Of a DNA stretch of 64,000 nucleotides, positions 11,500 to 24,963 are shown one piece after another. A model generated the notes under the pieces. The model did no database searches. It had not been told where the DNA came from and saw nothing but the letters and a program-made list of their open reading frames with translations. The position numbers were made by a program, and so were the translations under genes. The stretch comes from Eledone cirrhosa (taxonomy: Eukaryota): the NCBI GenBank assembly GCA_964016885.1, contig OZ024740.1, forward strand, positions 297,724,001-297,788,000. Reading direction: 5' to 3'. Position 1 is the first letter of the stretch; each line of letters begins with the position of its first letter.

Positions 11500-13420
11500 T
11501 CTCTATAGTTCTACCATAGATTCAGCTATAAGTGCGAGGTCATCAGCATACAGGAGTTCCCATGGGCATCCGGTCTTAAACTCCTCCGTTATTGCCTGCA
11601 GGACTATGATGAACAGGAGAGGGCTAAGAACAGAGCCCTGGTGGACACAAACCTGTACGCTAAATTCCTCGCTATACTCATTGCTAATCCTAACTTTGCT
11701 GACTGCTCCCCTATACATGGCTTGTACCGCTTTCACAAGCCATTCATCTACTCCTAGTTTTCTAAGAGCCCACCAGATTATAGCACGTGGAACTCTGTCA
11801 AAGGCTTTCTCGAGATCGACGAATGCCAGGTAGAGTGGCTTACTTTTAGCTAGGTACTTTTCCTGTAACTGCCTCACAAGGAAGAGGGCATCAGTGGTGC
11901 CTCTTCCTGGTACAAATCCAAATTGCATCTCATCTAGTTTCACCCGGTCCCTAATCAACTGTGGTATAACTCTTTCTGTTAGTTTCATGACCTGGTCCAT
12001 CAGCTTTATACCTCTATAGTTTCCTCTATCTAGTGCATCACCTTTACCTTTGTAGCAGTTGACAATGATGCTACTGCACCAATCTTTTGGTATGACACCT
12101 AGTTAACAATACATGTGGTTATAGTGTGACCTACAGACCCAGATGCCTTCAGCATCTCGGCAGCTATACCCGATGGACCGGTTGCCTTCCCCATCTTCAT
12201 ATCTTTGATTGCCTTACTTACTACGCTGCTGCTGACTTGTACTGCTGGCCCCTCTATAGGGTCTACTTGGGGTAGGGTCTCTTCTTCCCATGCATTCTCC
12301 TCATTTAGTAATCTATCATAATGGCTCTTCCATGCATCTTTCTTCTCAACACTTGTGAGGGAAATCTCACCTTTATCATTCCTGATACACTTCTCTCCAA
12401 TGACATCACAATTCTCTCTGACACACTGCCTCGCAATCTTGAACACCTCCTGTTTCCAGGTTCTTCTAGTTCTGACCGTGAGGTCGCTGACAACAAAGCT
12501 ATGTTGGGAGGTACATTCCTCACTAGGGTAGGCTTTTGTGTTTACGACCGTCCATCTGTCACGTCCTCTGATTAGGATAAAATCTATCTGACTAGAATGC
12601 TCCCCTGATCTATAGGTGATCAGGTGGTTGTCGGGTTTTTTGAAGTTTGTGTTACATATCGACATGTCATTGGCGTCGCAGAATTCTAGAAGTCTGAATC
12701 CTTCTTCATTTCTTGTGCCAACCCCGTAGCCTCCATGGACTCTATTGAAGCCGTCACAGTGTTTGCCTACGTGTCCGTTAAAATCTCCTGCGATGATTAG
12801 GAAGTCATTGTCGTTTGTTAGAGCAGTAGTGTGCATTAGGGACTCGTAAAATCTATCCTTAAGTTCGTCTGGCAACCCCGATTGGAGTGCGTAAGCTGAT
12901 ATTATTGTGGTAATTGTTTTATTCGGGACTAGTCTGAGTTTAATGATTCTTGCATTTACCGTGTACACTGAGATTACTTTATCTACCCACTTGTCAGCTA
13001 GTAGTATAGCTACACCACCCATCACATCGTCATTTACCACCCAGAAAAATTTGTAGCACTGACTTTTTCCTACAAGGACTCTAGCAGACTAGTCTCTTGC
13101 ACACAGCATACATCAATTTCCTTTCGCTCTAGCATTTCTACGATTTCTCCGGCTCTTCCTTTCATTGTGCTTACATTGATGGTACCAACTCGGAGTTTTG
13201 GCCATTTGTCGACACTCGTAGGGTAGGGTAGATTTTTGCAGGGTGTGTGCGTGCTTCCTCTCTCTGGATTGGGGCTTCACATGGGTGCTTGGTAGCTCGC
13301 GGATTCATATTCATTTCATCTATTAATTCAGAGTTGCTCCAATTTATTCTCAGCTCATCCATACATAACGGTAGGAAAATTCAGGGCTAGAAGAACAGTG
13401 GTGGTGGTAATAATGGCAGG
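11500..13420 (-). mobile_element. RTE-clade LINE (APE endonuclease + RT), internally deleted and 3'-truncated
   Basis: GDFNGHVG, SQIDFIL, QFGFVPGRGTTDA, AFVDLEKAFDRV, HQGSVLSP, LLYADD; disrupted by stops. Confidence 0.92.
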
Positions 13421-13631
13421 GTGTGTTGGGCTGGGACGAGGGGGGGGGTTAGGTAGTAGTAGTAGTAGACGAAATAGCATGCTGAGGTTTGATTGGTCGA
13501 ATAGGCTATGGTGGAGTGAGGAGGTGGGTGGGAGGGAAATTGTGAGGTAGGCAGCCAGTCATGGCTATCAAAATAACCGATAGAAGTGAATACAGCATGG
13601 CAAGATAACCGATAGAAATGAATACAGCTAC

Positions 13632-13664
<33 letters not shown>

Positions 13665-13667
<3 letters not shown>

Positions 13668-13830
13668 TGTTTCTACTTTAGGCAATTACCCAGTTCATTA
13701 CTGGTACTTTATTTTATCGACCCCGTAAGGATGAAAGGCAAAGTCAACCTCGGCGGGATTTGAACTCAGATCGTAAAGGGACGTAACTATGCTGGAAAGC
13801 ATGGCGTCCGACCCTCTACCGATACTGCCA
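13665..13830 (-). mobile_element. tRNA-derived SINE, family 1
   Basis: Core and boxes as in other copies. Confidence 0.8.
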
Positions 13831-13834
13831 ATTT

Positions 13835-14760
13835 CATTTATTAGCCACAAGGGCCGATATGTAGGGGACAATACAAAGACAGGGGCAGTGGGGGTTTACA
13901 ATAAGGTCGAGTAAAAGAGCACAATGGCAAGACTAATTTAACAATGAAAATATAAAAATATAAAATAAACTATGCATAGATATAACAAAATAAATTCCCC
14001 GATAGGGGGTGGACGACCCTGGGGTGATTCGGGTCCCCCACCAATCCTGAACCACCCTGCGCTTCTAGGGCACCCAGGTAGAGCACCCCTCTCCTCAAGT
14101 TAGCCAGCCTATAGGCGCATGGTCAGAGTAGGCCCATTCACACGAGCCATTCTCGCCACATTCACCCACCTTTTAGCAAATGTACTGGGGGGGGGGGGGG
14201 CAGCACTTCTCTCTCCACCCTCACCTTCCTTTCCAGGTGAAACTTGAAGAAGTTGATGAGGGATTGGCCGAAGAGAAAAGTGTCTGTCTTTAGTCCTTTC
14301 TACCTGGTCCACCATATAATCTCTTTCGCAACTGCCACCAGACAGAGGAAAATTTCCTGCTCTTCCTGACCTAAGGAAGGCGGTGGATCGATCTTCACTA
14401 TGGACTCGGCCGATAGCCGGATTCGTTCCACACGCGACAGTAGCTGTTCGACATAACTCCACAAGTCAGTAATGCACGGACATTGGACAAGTGCGTGCAG
14501 AACGGTTTCGTCGTTCTGTGCGCATCTTGGGCAGGTCCGTCTGACAGCACTTCCGTGCCTGTAGAGTTTATCCTGAACCGGCAGTGCCCCCCGGTAGCAC
14601 TGCCAAGCGAGGGATTTCTGGAAATTGTCCATCGTCCCCGGCTCAAAAGTCCTCCGGTACAGACTGGTCAGTTCGACTTCGTCGAGGCCCAAAGCTTCTC
14701 CGAGTGCGTCATCGCATTTGCCCACCACTAATCCTCTATAGAACTCGAGAGTGGAAGTTC
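13835..14760 (-). mobile_element. L1/Tx1-like LINE 3' fragment with RT zinc-binding domain
   Basis: WQCYRGALPVQDKL..CPRCAQNDETVLHALVQCP...W (CxxC..ETxxH...C); related 3' remnant at 15770-16040. Confidence 0.75.
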
Positions 14761-15321
14761 CACTGATCGCATTGCCCGCTTGGTAGAGGGCAGTGAGTGC
14801 CTGGCAACATTCCAGGTGCCAGGCCTGTAGCCTTTGATGGAAAAATAGACAGATAGAGAGGCAGCATGGTAGAGAAAATGAAGGTAACAAAATAAATGTG
14901 TTGTGGGAGCTAGCGAAGTGATAAATACAGCAATAGTTGCGAGCAGAACATTTGCAATTGGGGAAATAGGGATACCTGACAAGATTTGTATGGATGGATG
15001 GCTGGAACGTAGCTAAACAACTCTAACGATTCATTTTAGCCTTTCAAAGTAGAGTGTGTCTTATCTCTTCAATAACTTCAAGATGAGTGAGGAGGAATGG
15101 GTGAAGAGGGAAAGAGAAGTAATAGGTGGCTTAGCGATAGATAGAGAGAGAGAGAGATAGAGAGAGGTAGCCATCATAGAGAGAGAGAGAGAGAGGGGGT
15201 AGCCATCATAGAGAGAGGGTCGCCGTCATGGCTATCAAAATAACCGATAGAATACAGCATGGCAAAATAACCGATAGAATACAACATGGCAAGATAATAG
15301 AAATGAATACAGCTACAATAA

Positions 15322-15500
15322 TAATTGTTTCTACTTTTGGCACAAGGCCAGCAAATTACCCAGTGTATTACTGGTACTTTATTTTATCGACCCCGTAAGG
15401 ATGAAAGGCAAAGTTAACCTCGGCGGGATTTGAATCAGAATGGCAAGGGCCGTAACTCTATGCGTCAAAGCATGGCGTCGGACCCTCTACCGATACTGCC
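15322..15500 (-). mobile_element. tRNA-derived SINE, family 1
   Basis: Core and boxes as in other copies. Confidence 0.8.
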
Positions 15501-15737
15501 AAGCCAGTCATGGCCTATAGTCTTTGATGGAAAAATGGACAGATAAGGAGGCAGCATGGTAAAGAAAATGAGGATAACAAAATAAATGTGTTGTGGGAGC
15601 TAGCGAAGTGATAAATACAGCAATAGTTGCAAGCAGAACATTTGCAATTGGGGAAATAGGGAGTCATGGCTATCAAAATAACCCGATAGAAATGAATGCA
15701 GCATGGCAAGATAACCGATAGAAATGAATACAGCTAC

Positions 15738-15768
<31 letters not shown>

Positions 15769-16089
15769 TTTTCTTTATTAACCACAAGGGTTTACATAAA
15801 GTAGACATTAAGGACAATACAGGACAATACAGGACGGTACAAATGGGCATTTCTGCGTGTAAAAAAACAGAGGATGTAATAAAATAACAAAGAAAAATTC
15901 CCCAATAGGGGGGAGATTTCCGAGGGACATTTGTGGAGAAAGCCCATTAAAAGACCACAGTGACCCTGACCACCAGGGCAAGTGCCCTCTCCCAGTTTTC
16001 CACCTTTAATTTACAGACACATACTCAGAGAAGGCCCATTCGTTCGCCATAATAATGATAGTAATAGCCAGTCATATATTACATTTACA

Positions 16090-16440
16090 GATTTCTTTGG
16101 AGTAACGTTACTGCGTAGCTCGGAGATGAAAGAGTCACTCCAGGTAGAGCCGCTACTTCTCCGAATTGAGAGATCACAGCTCCGATACTACGGGCATGTG
16201 GTTAGAATGTCTGAGGAATTATTTTATGGGCAAAACCAACTGGCAGGAGACCCATGGTAGACCCAGAGCAAGATGGTTGGATAACATCCATGAGCTCGGC
16301 TTGTCTCGCTTGGGGATCCAGCCGGATCAGTTGGAAACGGTTGTTTCTGACAGACCCACTGGAAACAATGTTTGATGACTCTCACCCCATGACCCTCTCA
16401 AGATTAAGTGAGCAAAGAAGAAGAAGAAGAAGAAGAAGAT
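16090..16440 (+). mobile_element. RTE LINE 3' end with (AAG)n tail; further copies at 51140-51292 (-) and 58523-58615 (+)
   Basis: LLLRIERSQLRYYGHVVRM, GRPRARWLDNI, (gaa)n tail. Confidence 0.8.
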
Positions 16441-16750
16441 AGATTTCTTGTCAAACTGGTTCTTATTAGTTAAAAAGACACAATTCTTAGAATTTGATTA
16501 ACAAATTACCGCCCATTCCTGTAAGTAGGCGATGTGTTGTTAGCTGTTCTCACACTATTAATACTCAACAAATTTAAGTGTTTTGAGACTAATAGTTATG
16601 TGGTTTGGCAAGGAGACTACAATTGTAAAACATATATATAAATTAATCCTTCCTATATTCCTTATATTGAGTACGCTTCACATGAAACTACGTTGATCTC
16701 TGTTATATATATTATGTATATATGTATATATGTGTGTGTGTGCGTGTGTG

Positions 16751-17095
16751 TGAAGGCGCGTGGTTTAGTTTTTAGAGCATTGGGCTTGCAATCGGGAGGT
16801 TGTGTTGTTCGATTCTCAGACAGGGTGATGTGTTGTGTCCTTCAACAAGATACTTTATTTCACGTTACCCCAGTTTACTCAGCTATAGGAATTAGTTGCG
16901 CCGTCACTGGTACCAAGTTATACCGGCCATTGTCTTTCCCTAGGACAACATCAGTGACGTGGTGAAGGGAGACTGGTATGCACGGGCGACTGCTGGTCTT
17001 CCACAAACACACCTTGCCCAGGCTTGAGGCTCGGAGAAGAACTTTCTAGGTGCAAATCCTATGGTCATTTGTGACAGAGGGAAGTCTTTACCCTT
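16751..17095 (+). mobile_element. tRNA-derived SINE, family 2; related copy at about 55308-55520
   Basis: ggcgcgtggtttag..gttcgattc tRNA-like head followed by gtgtcctt..caagatactttatttcac core. Confidence 0.65.
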
Positions 17096-17593
17096 TATGG
17101 TTAGGAATGACTATTGGATTTGGGATTCGCACCTGGAAAATTCTCTTCCGAGGCACAAGCCTGAGCAAGATGTTTTTTGTGGAAGACCAGTCACGCATGC
17201 ATAGTGGTCTCCATTCCGCCGATCTTGTCCAAAGGAAAAGCAATATTGATATATGTATATATATGTGTGTGTGTATGCATGTGTCTGAGTGTGTTAATGG
17301 GGGGGGGGGGTACACATTCAAAGTGACGTTGTAACTTATTTTTTCCAGATGAGTGAACCGGAGTAATGTGAAATAAAATTTTTTGCTCAAGGAATCTAAC
17401 CTACAACCTCACGATTGTAAGCCCAACGCCCTAACCACTAAGCCACGCGCCTTCATATATGTCCGTTTGTATATGTGTGCGCGGGCGTGTGTGTGTGTGT
17501 ATGTGTGTGTGTGTGTGTGTGTATGTGTATTAAATCCATAATACTATTTATGCTCACCAACACCAATTCATACCTGGCGAAAAATACTAATAA

Positions 17594-17800
17594 CTGTTTC
17601 TACTATAGGCACAAGGCCAGGGGAGGGGGAGTCAATTAAATCGACGCAAGTGCATTACTTGTGCTTTATTTTATCGACCCCGGAAGAGTGAAAGACAAAG
17701 CTAACCACGGCGGGATTTGAACAGAAGGTAAATGGCCGCGACTCTATGCTGCGAAGCAGGGTGTCCGATGCTCTATCGATACTGCCAATCCATCGCCCTT
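17594..17800 (-). mobile_element. tRNA-derived SINE, family 1 (diverged)
   Basis: Core and tail similarity. Confidence 0.75.
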
Positions 17801-18409
17801 AAAAATACTAATAATATCTAATAACTATTTTTGCACAAAATTTATTTCATACGTAACAACACTTGACGCTGGCAGAGTTTACCAGTAATGAGTAGAGGGT
17901 ATATTTTATGCATGTGTGTGTGTGCGTATGTGTCTGTGTGTGTGTATGTATATGTATGTAATTAGTCTAGATAAGGTGGATGCTTCGTAAATTGGGGCCT
18001 AATAGATGAAGTGAAGAGATGTGATGCCTGATACAATACAACACATGTAGGTAGCGGTAACCGCTATTAGATGGTTCTACAATATAGATATATAGATATA
18101 TATATATATATGTGATGTGAGTGTATGTGTCTGTGTGTGTGGGGGGGGGGTGTACGTATGTGTACGTATGTGTATGTATGTAAGCCAGATCTGTTAACTC
18201 TCCCCGTTGGACGGGGAGATCTCCAACCCACTTTGGGGTGGGTGAGACAAGTCTTCTCTTGTGAAAAGGGGTATAGCTTTCATTATGTGAAATCACCCCC
18301 ATTTTGCCTCATTTCTCCCCGTTTTGGGACACCTTTTTTTCATAGTACTCTCCGTTTGGGTTTTTAAAGGTTGGCAGGTCTAGTATGTACACATACAAAA
18401 AGTATGTGT

Positions 18410-19720
18410 ACATTAGAAGCTTGCCTATACTAGGACTGTGGTCTTCTACAAACCACAATCTTTGCTCCCTCTCCATAACAATCTAAAGCCCCGTAAAAGC
18501 TATAGACTTCCTAGACATTACACAGCCTCACAAATTCCATTTACTAACCATTCCATAAGTAGAACGAAACCTTAAATTACATATACAAATATTCAAATCA
18601 TCCAAGAAACATGTTAAATACCTGTTTCAAATGTATCCCTTATGATATCAAGTCTATCGGCAAACGAAGCAATGTGGCTTCAATAAATAATTCGCATATG
18701 TAAAACCAAATAATGAACACACTAAATGCAAGAATATGATAAGAAATATAACGTGGTTTAATACGCCACAAAATCTAGAAGTTACATTTCATATCACCAG
18801 AACATGTTTCCCTTTACTCAAAAACGTTTCTTATCCAGCACTAAACACTTAATAGAGCACCATCAAATATTTACAAGCAGTACAGTAAAAGAATATCATA
18901 CTCAATACCCAAACCTAGAACAAGCCATAGTTTCCTCCAACTGTGCAAAGCTAAACACACAGACCAAGACCTAATACCTCAAAGCAACTTAAACTGTACC
19001 AATCCATTTCTCTAACCCTAGACTTACACAGTAAAGCCATCACAGCCAACTCCAGAAAATTCTGCAACGGCCTTACTGTTAGTAATTTTAAAAGTGATAC
19101 CACAAACATTCAGCTTCATTAAAAGACACATTGACACGAAGGACTACATCTTTCCCAACACATATCTGGGAAGTGAAGGTCATTAATAACCCATACATTA
19201 AGTTGTGATTATGTTTCCAATGAAACATAATCGCAACTTCAATGCCATATAATTGTTTCTACTTTTGGCACAAGGCCAGCTATTACCCCAGTGTATTACT
19301 GGTACTTTATTTTATCGACCCCGTAAGGATGAAAGGCAAAGTTAACCTCGGCGGGATTTGAACTCAGAATGGCAAGGGCCGTAACTCAATGTGTCAAAGT
19401 ATGGCGTCCGACCCTCTACCGATACTGCCAATCAGACCATATAATGGAGAGCAAAACACATAAGGACTATGTCTCACATGTACCTATAAAATCCTACATG
19501 TAAAAGGATATTTACAAGACAGATTGTCTGAAAGACTATATTCTTGTAATCGTAGACGCCTAATAAAGTCAACACCACCAAAGTTTCGCACCATCATTAT
19601 ATTTCTTCCTTGCAGCCATAACAGAATAATGAAAATTCCTCCACGCCCACTCCATTAAACCCATTTCTCCAAAAGCAATTTCCCTACACCCTATAGTCTT
19701 CTCTTCATAATTTGTCTCTC
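18410..19720 (+). mobile_element. Heavily decayed Penelope-like element, interrupted by a family-1 SINE at 19250-19432
   Basis: Fragmentary similarity to the 52293-53231 ORF (ISYS..PNLEQ-like segment near 18890-18925, later WEV); many stops and frameshifts. Confidence 0.45.
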
Positions 19721-20019
19721 ATTGAATATTTCATTTTTTTTTAGATTCTTAATATGCATTTTATTTTATTTATTTATTTTTTTTTTTTTAGAATTCTCCA
19801 AATTCTAAATTTCAATAAAATTCCATACTTCTTCACGTTTATAAATATACCTGCATATGCGTATGTGTGTGCATATATGTGTGGGAATGTGTGCATGTAC
19901 GTGTATGTATACGGATGCTTGCATTTATATGTGTATATATATAAATTTGATAACTTCGCACATAACATCACTGCATGAAATTTAGCCAAATTACCTAGCC
20001 GTAGTAACAACCCTGTAGC

Positions 20020-20520
20020 TAGTACTAACTGTAATTGTAGGAATCGGGAAGACTGCCCTCTATCCGGAAAATGCCTATCCAGTAATATTGTCTACAAATG
20101 TAAGGTCGACACACCCACGTCTAGTAAGGCCTACATAGGGTTAACCGCCAATAGATTCAAGCAGCGTCTTTACATGCACAACCATTCTTTTCTTAACCCT
20201 TTAAGAAGGAACATGATGTCACTTTCGGCCTATAACTGGAGTCTAAAAGACAACCACACCCGATATAGGTTACACTGGGAGATCCTAGCTAAAGTTAGAT
20301 CGTATAACGGGAAAAAAGACCATGCGATCTTTGCGCCGCTGAAGCCCTGGAAATACTCGACGCCAATGATCAAATCTTAAACAAAACATCTGAGGCAATT
20401 TCGGCTTGTAAACACAAATTGCATAAAACTTTCTTGTATTACAGCCCCACATTAAACCCTAACGGATAGTACGGACAATACGCGGATAATATAGGTCATG
20501 ATGTCGTAGCTAAGTATATT
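20020..20520 (+). mobile_element. Penelope-like element, GIY-YIG endonuclease 3' fragment
   Basis: CNCRNREDCPLSGKCLSSNIVYKC..YIGLTANRFKQRLYMHNHSF..LHWEILAK..LNKTSEAISACKH. Confidence 0.85.
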
Positions 20521-20621
20521 TTATGTTTATACTATTATTTATTTGTATAGGGAAGTACACCTACGTACAGGTACGTATACTTTTTGCGTATGTATATATG
20601 CATGTATGTGTTATTGGTGTG

Positions 20622-20689
<68 letters not shown>

Positions 20690-20692
<3 letters not shown>

Positions 20693-21040
20693 AAACCGTC
20701 CGTCAAAAGGGCAGAGGAACTTAGCAGAGTCAACAGCCATCCAATAAAGTATTTTCTTTTTCTTTGGAGCGGGAGACTCCTAGTCTTATTTAAGACATCT
20801 CTCTGTAGACCAGTTCTACTTTTTGGGTAAATACATTCGATGTTCAGAGATTGGTTACGTGTAAAGCCTTTCCTCACTTAAAAAAAGCTTCAAGCACACG
20901 CATCGCTTGATATGTGACATTTTTTGCGATGCATCATATTGCTGGCCAAAGGCAAGTCCCTAGCAGGACTAAAAAGCCACGTGCGTGATGCACAAGCTTA
21001 AGTATCAAGCGATGGCATTACTCGAAATCGAGTTACAGCC
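20690..21040 (+). repeat. Unclassified ~350-500 bp interspersed repeat; copies at 25085-25560, 33850-34385 and partial 49375-49470
   Basis: Shared cagagtcaacagccatcc and cacttaaaaaaccttcaaagcac motifs; copies sit in or beside (TA)/(TG) tracts. Confidence 0.7.
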
Positions 21041-21121
21041 ATCATATGTAAATATATATATATGTGTGTGCGTGTGTATATATATGTATATATGTATTAT
21101 ATATATATAATATATATATAT

Positions 21122-22240
21122 ATAGGAAAAAGTATGACCCCGATGGCAGAGCTCCAGCCGTTTCGACGGCTATTTCTGGACTAAATTAGAATTTTTAGCC
21201 TGGTGAATAAATAGCCAAACTTGTCAAGGGGGTACTTCCTTATATGGGAAGATTGTAGGATTGGTTTAAATTTGTTGTAAACACAAATAAGTCTATCATG
21301 GCATTTGGTGGGAGGTAGGGGTGGCTGAACTTACCTGTAGAACAATAGGGGAGTGAGTGGAGCGGTCAAGCGTTGAAAGTAATATGTATACAGCAGATTC
21401 TAAGGATAGTGTATGAAGTGGAGGAGGGAGGTTATAGAATAGGTAAATTGAATGAGAGTAGGAGACAATAAAAGATACTAGAAATAAATAAAAAAATATA
21501 TATAAAATTAGATAGTGAGAAATGAATAAAATAATCACAATGCTATCTTACAATTACAGGTTAATAAGTTGAGAATAGAAAAACTTGTAGAAATTACAAA
21601 ACTGATACAAAATTAAAGGGGTTTAACACATCTGCTATAAGTAGTTAGTGAAACGTATTCGGCCAATTCTATTTTAAAATTACAGGGGTGGGGGAACTGA
21701 TGCTACAGAGGCCCGATGGGCTGCATCGGGGTAGGCGAAAGGGGAAAAGCAGACGAGGAAGAAAATAGGGGGTGGAAGGAAGTGATAGGATGAGACAGGG
21801 GGGAGAAGAAGACAAAGAGGAAAAGAAAAGAGATACAACTACCTATGTAAGCTGGGGTTTCCCCTAACTTATTCGGCAAGTAGGGGGGGGGTATCAGCCC
21901 GTGTCTACCCACCCGGGTCGTTATGGGGTTTGAGGGCGAGGTAAGTCCTACGCAATCTGTGTTTGCATGCGGTTACCAGTTTGTCTTCCTTGTTTAGGAG
22001 TTTTAACCAATCCTCTTGACAACTACAATCTTCCCATATAAGGAAGTACCCCCTTGACAAGTTCGGCTATTTATTCACCAGGCTAAAATTTCTAATTTAG
22101 TCCAGAAATAGCCGTCGAAACGGCTTGAGCTCTGCCGTCGGGGTCATACTTTTTCCTATTTCTCACTCTACTACCCTAAGTATTGAGTACTCTGGTGCGT
22201 TATGGTCCATCTGGTTCCATACCGCAATTCCTTTGTTATA
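21122..22240 (-). mobile_element. 5'-truncated Penelope-like element with an inverted terminal (pLTR-like) copy; each arm carries a hammerhead
   Basis: Minus strand KLLNKEDKLVTACKHRLRRTYL at about 21935-22003; ~150-bp inverted repeats at 21122-21270 and 22002-22158. Confidence 0.75.
22041..22157 (+). ncRNA. Type I hammerhead with U3-A8 variant core; mirror copy at 21124-21240 (-)
   Basis: AAGUAcCCCC-UUGACAA-GuuCGGCUAUUU...AAAUAGCCGuC-GAA-ACGGC...GCCGU-C-GGGGucaUACUU. Confidence 0.7.
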
Positions 22241-22264
22241 TATATAAATATGTATGCATATATA

Positions 22265-22317
<53 letters not shown>

Positions 22318-22687
22318 AAATGTGTGTAATCCTTGGTACAGTTAGGTATTTTCAACACACCTACACCCCTACACTCATTAAAGGGGGAGAAAAAAACCCC
22401 AACCACACCACAAACATGTTAAATCCCCATATATAGAACAACACACCACATACACATCAGTTTGACAAGCGCACCTCAGCGTGAAAGGTCTTTCTAAAAA
22501 CGAAACAATACCCCCTACTTTAACCAAGAACTCCTAAGACCTAACCAACAACCAACAACTTAATTTATATAAAAAAATTTCTTTTAAAAAAAATTTTTAT
22601 AATCCGGAAAAAAATTATTTTTGGATTTTGTGAAGAAAATAAATTTGTTGAAAGCACAAGTGAAGCCATTTTTTTCTTCCCCCCTGT

Positions 22688-22785
<98 letters not shown>

Positions 22786-23167
22786 ATATATACAACATTT
22801 AGTACAGCATAATCGAAGCTCCGGCTGCAGCTAAGCTAACGAATGCAATCGGGGTGTACAGCTAAGTATTCAATAAGGTATATTACCTTAGAGTTATAAC
22901 ATTACGTTTAGACAGCTTTTCAAATTGAAGACAGCGACCGATAGGCGAGCCGCAGTGACCAAAGCGACGAAAAAAATATATATATATGTATGTATATATA
23001 ATGTAAGGGGTGAGTTTTATTGTAGCACAATAAAGCAATGCAAATATCGGATAAGTAGCACTCAACAGTTTATTGGACTGGAGTATATATAAGAAGAAAT
23101 TAAAAGATGGTTAAAAAAGTGTATAAAATACATGGAATTTTTTTAACCATCTTTTAATTTCTGCATT

Positions 23168-24889
23168 TATCATCATCGTTTAACGTCCATCTTCCACTCT
23201 AGCATGGGATAGACAGTTTTGTTCCATTTGATGTGGGAATGGTCGGGAGACCATGTCTCGCCCGCACGGAAGTGTCTCTGGCAGTTTTCTTTTACAGCTG
23301 GATGCCCTTCCTAACATCAACCACATTTACAGTGAGGACTGGGAGCCTTTTCACCGTGTCTCCTACACGACCACCCTACAGTGTGGACTGTTGTGTCATC
23401 AACACAGTGGACGGAACGGGAGAGGGAGGATGTGGTAGGGTGTGAGGGCGGGGTGTACATTGGGTTAAGAGGTGTCTACTGACTGTAGGTTTGTATGCAA
23501 TGGCAGTCGGGTCTTCTGTACAACTGCATGGCGCAAAAAGGTATGGGTGAGCAAGGTCAGTTTTTATCACCTCGTCCTAGGGTTTTCTTGGTCTACCCAC
23601 TCCGTAGCTTCCATCAATTTTCATTGCACTGAAGTTTTTTATACAGCTGTCGTCTCCATACCAACACAATCTCCTCTCTAGAACATAACATTTGATACCT
23701 CTTATGCTTAGTCTTCCTCTTAATTCGTTTATGCTTCGCCTTTCGCGCACATTACTATTACACATCCATCGGAGCATGCAAGCTTCATTTCTTTCTAATC
23801 TACGCAGGTCTTCAGCACACAATGCCGAAGTCTCACTACCATATAATATACATGCATCATACAATCTGCCTTTCATTTTTAGAGAAAAACCCCTTGTGGC
23901 CAACAGCGGTATTAGTTCTCTGAACTTTCCATCCCGCTCTAACTTTGACCTTACACTTTCAGAGCACCCTCCTCCACTGCTGATTTTGTCACCCAGGTAA
24001 CGGATGGTGTCTACTATTTCTATAGAACCATCTGGACAGTTGAAGGAGATATCATCCAGTGGGTCCTTGCTACTTACTGCACCTGAGCATCGGCCACATA
24101 TAAAATCTACATTCTTAGATAGCTTACCTCTGATCCTACTACATTTTTTATGTACCCATAGTTTGCATTTAGGACATAGAATGGAGTTTCTGCCTATTTC
24201 TTTCTTACGCCCTATTCTCCTTTCTACATACTAGACCCTTAGTCTTAGACAAGTTGACTCTAAGGCCTTTTGATTCAAGGCCATGCTTCCATGTTTGGAA
24301 CTTCCTCTCTAGTTCAGCCATGGATTCAGCTATGAGAGTTAGATCATCTACATATAGAAGTTTCCATGAGCAGCCAGTCTTAAACCCCTCTGTTATAGCT
24401 TGTAGGACAATAATAAACAGGAGGGGGCTAAGAACGGAGCCCTGGTGAACCCATACTATTACGCTAAATTCATCACTATATTCATCGTTAATTCTAACCT
24501 TGCTGACTGTTCCTCCATACATGGCTTGTATAGCTCTCACAAGCCATTCTTCCATTCCTAGTTTTCTAAGAGTCCACCAGAATAAGGTGCGTGGGACTCT
24601 GTGAAAGGCTTTCTCCAGGTCAACAAAAGCTAAGTAGAGGAGGTTTACTGTTAGCTAGGTACTTCTCCTGTAAATGCCGTACAAGTAAAAGAGCATCCAT
24701 GGTACAAAAGAGCATCCTGGCACAAACCCAAAGTGCATTTCATCTAGATCAATTTGGTCTCTAATCAGTTGAGGAATAACTCTTTCTGTGACTTTCATGA
24801 CTTGGTCAACTAATTTAATACCCCTATAGTTTCAGCAACTACCCCCGAAGGCCCAGCTGACTTGCTTGTCTTCATATTTTTGATTGCCT

Positions 24890-24892
<3 letters not shown>
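23168..24892 (-). mobile_element. RTE-clade LINE, RT and 3' end with (GAT)n tail
   Basis: HQGSVLSPLLF, LLYVDD, KGRLYDAC..YGSET, ERRLCWYG, GRPRK. Confidence 0.9.

Positions 24893-24963
<71 letters not shown>

Noticed and set aside
22456-22497. Additional UUGACAA-GCGC..GCGU-GAAA variant hammerhead
   Set aside because: Stem I cannot be paired convincingly and I saw only one copy; at best a decayed motif.
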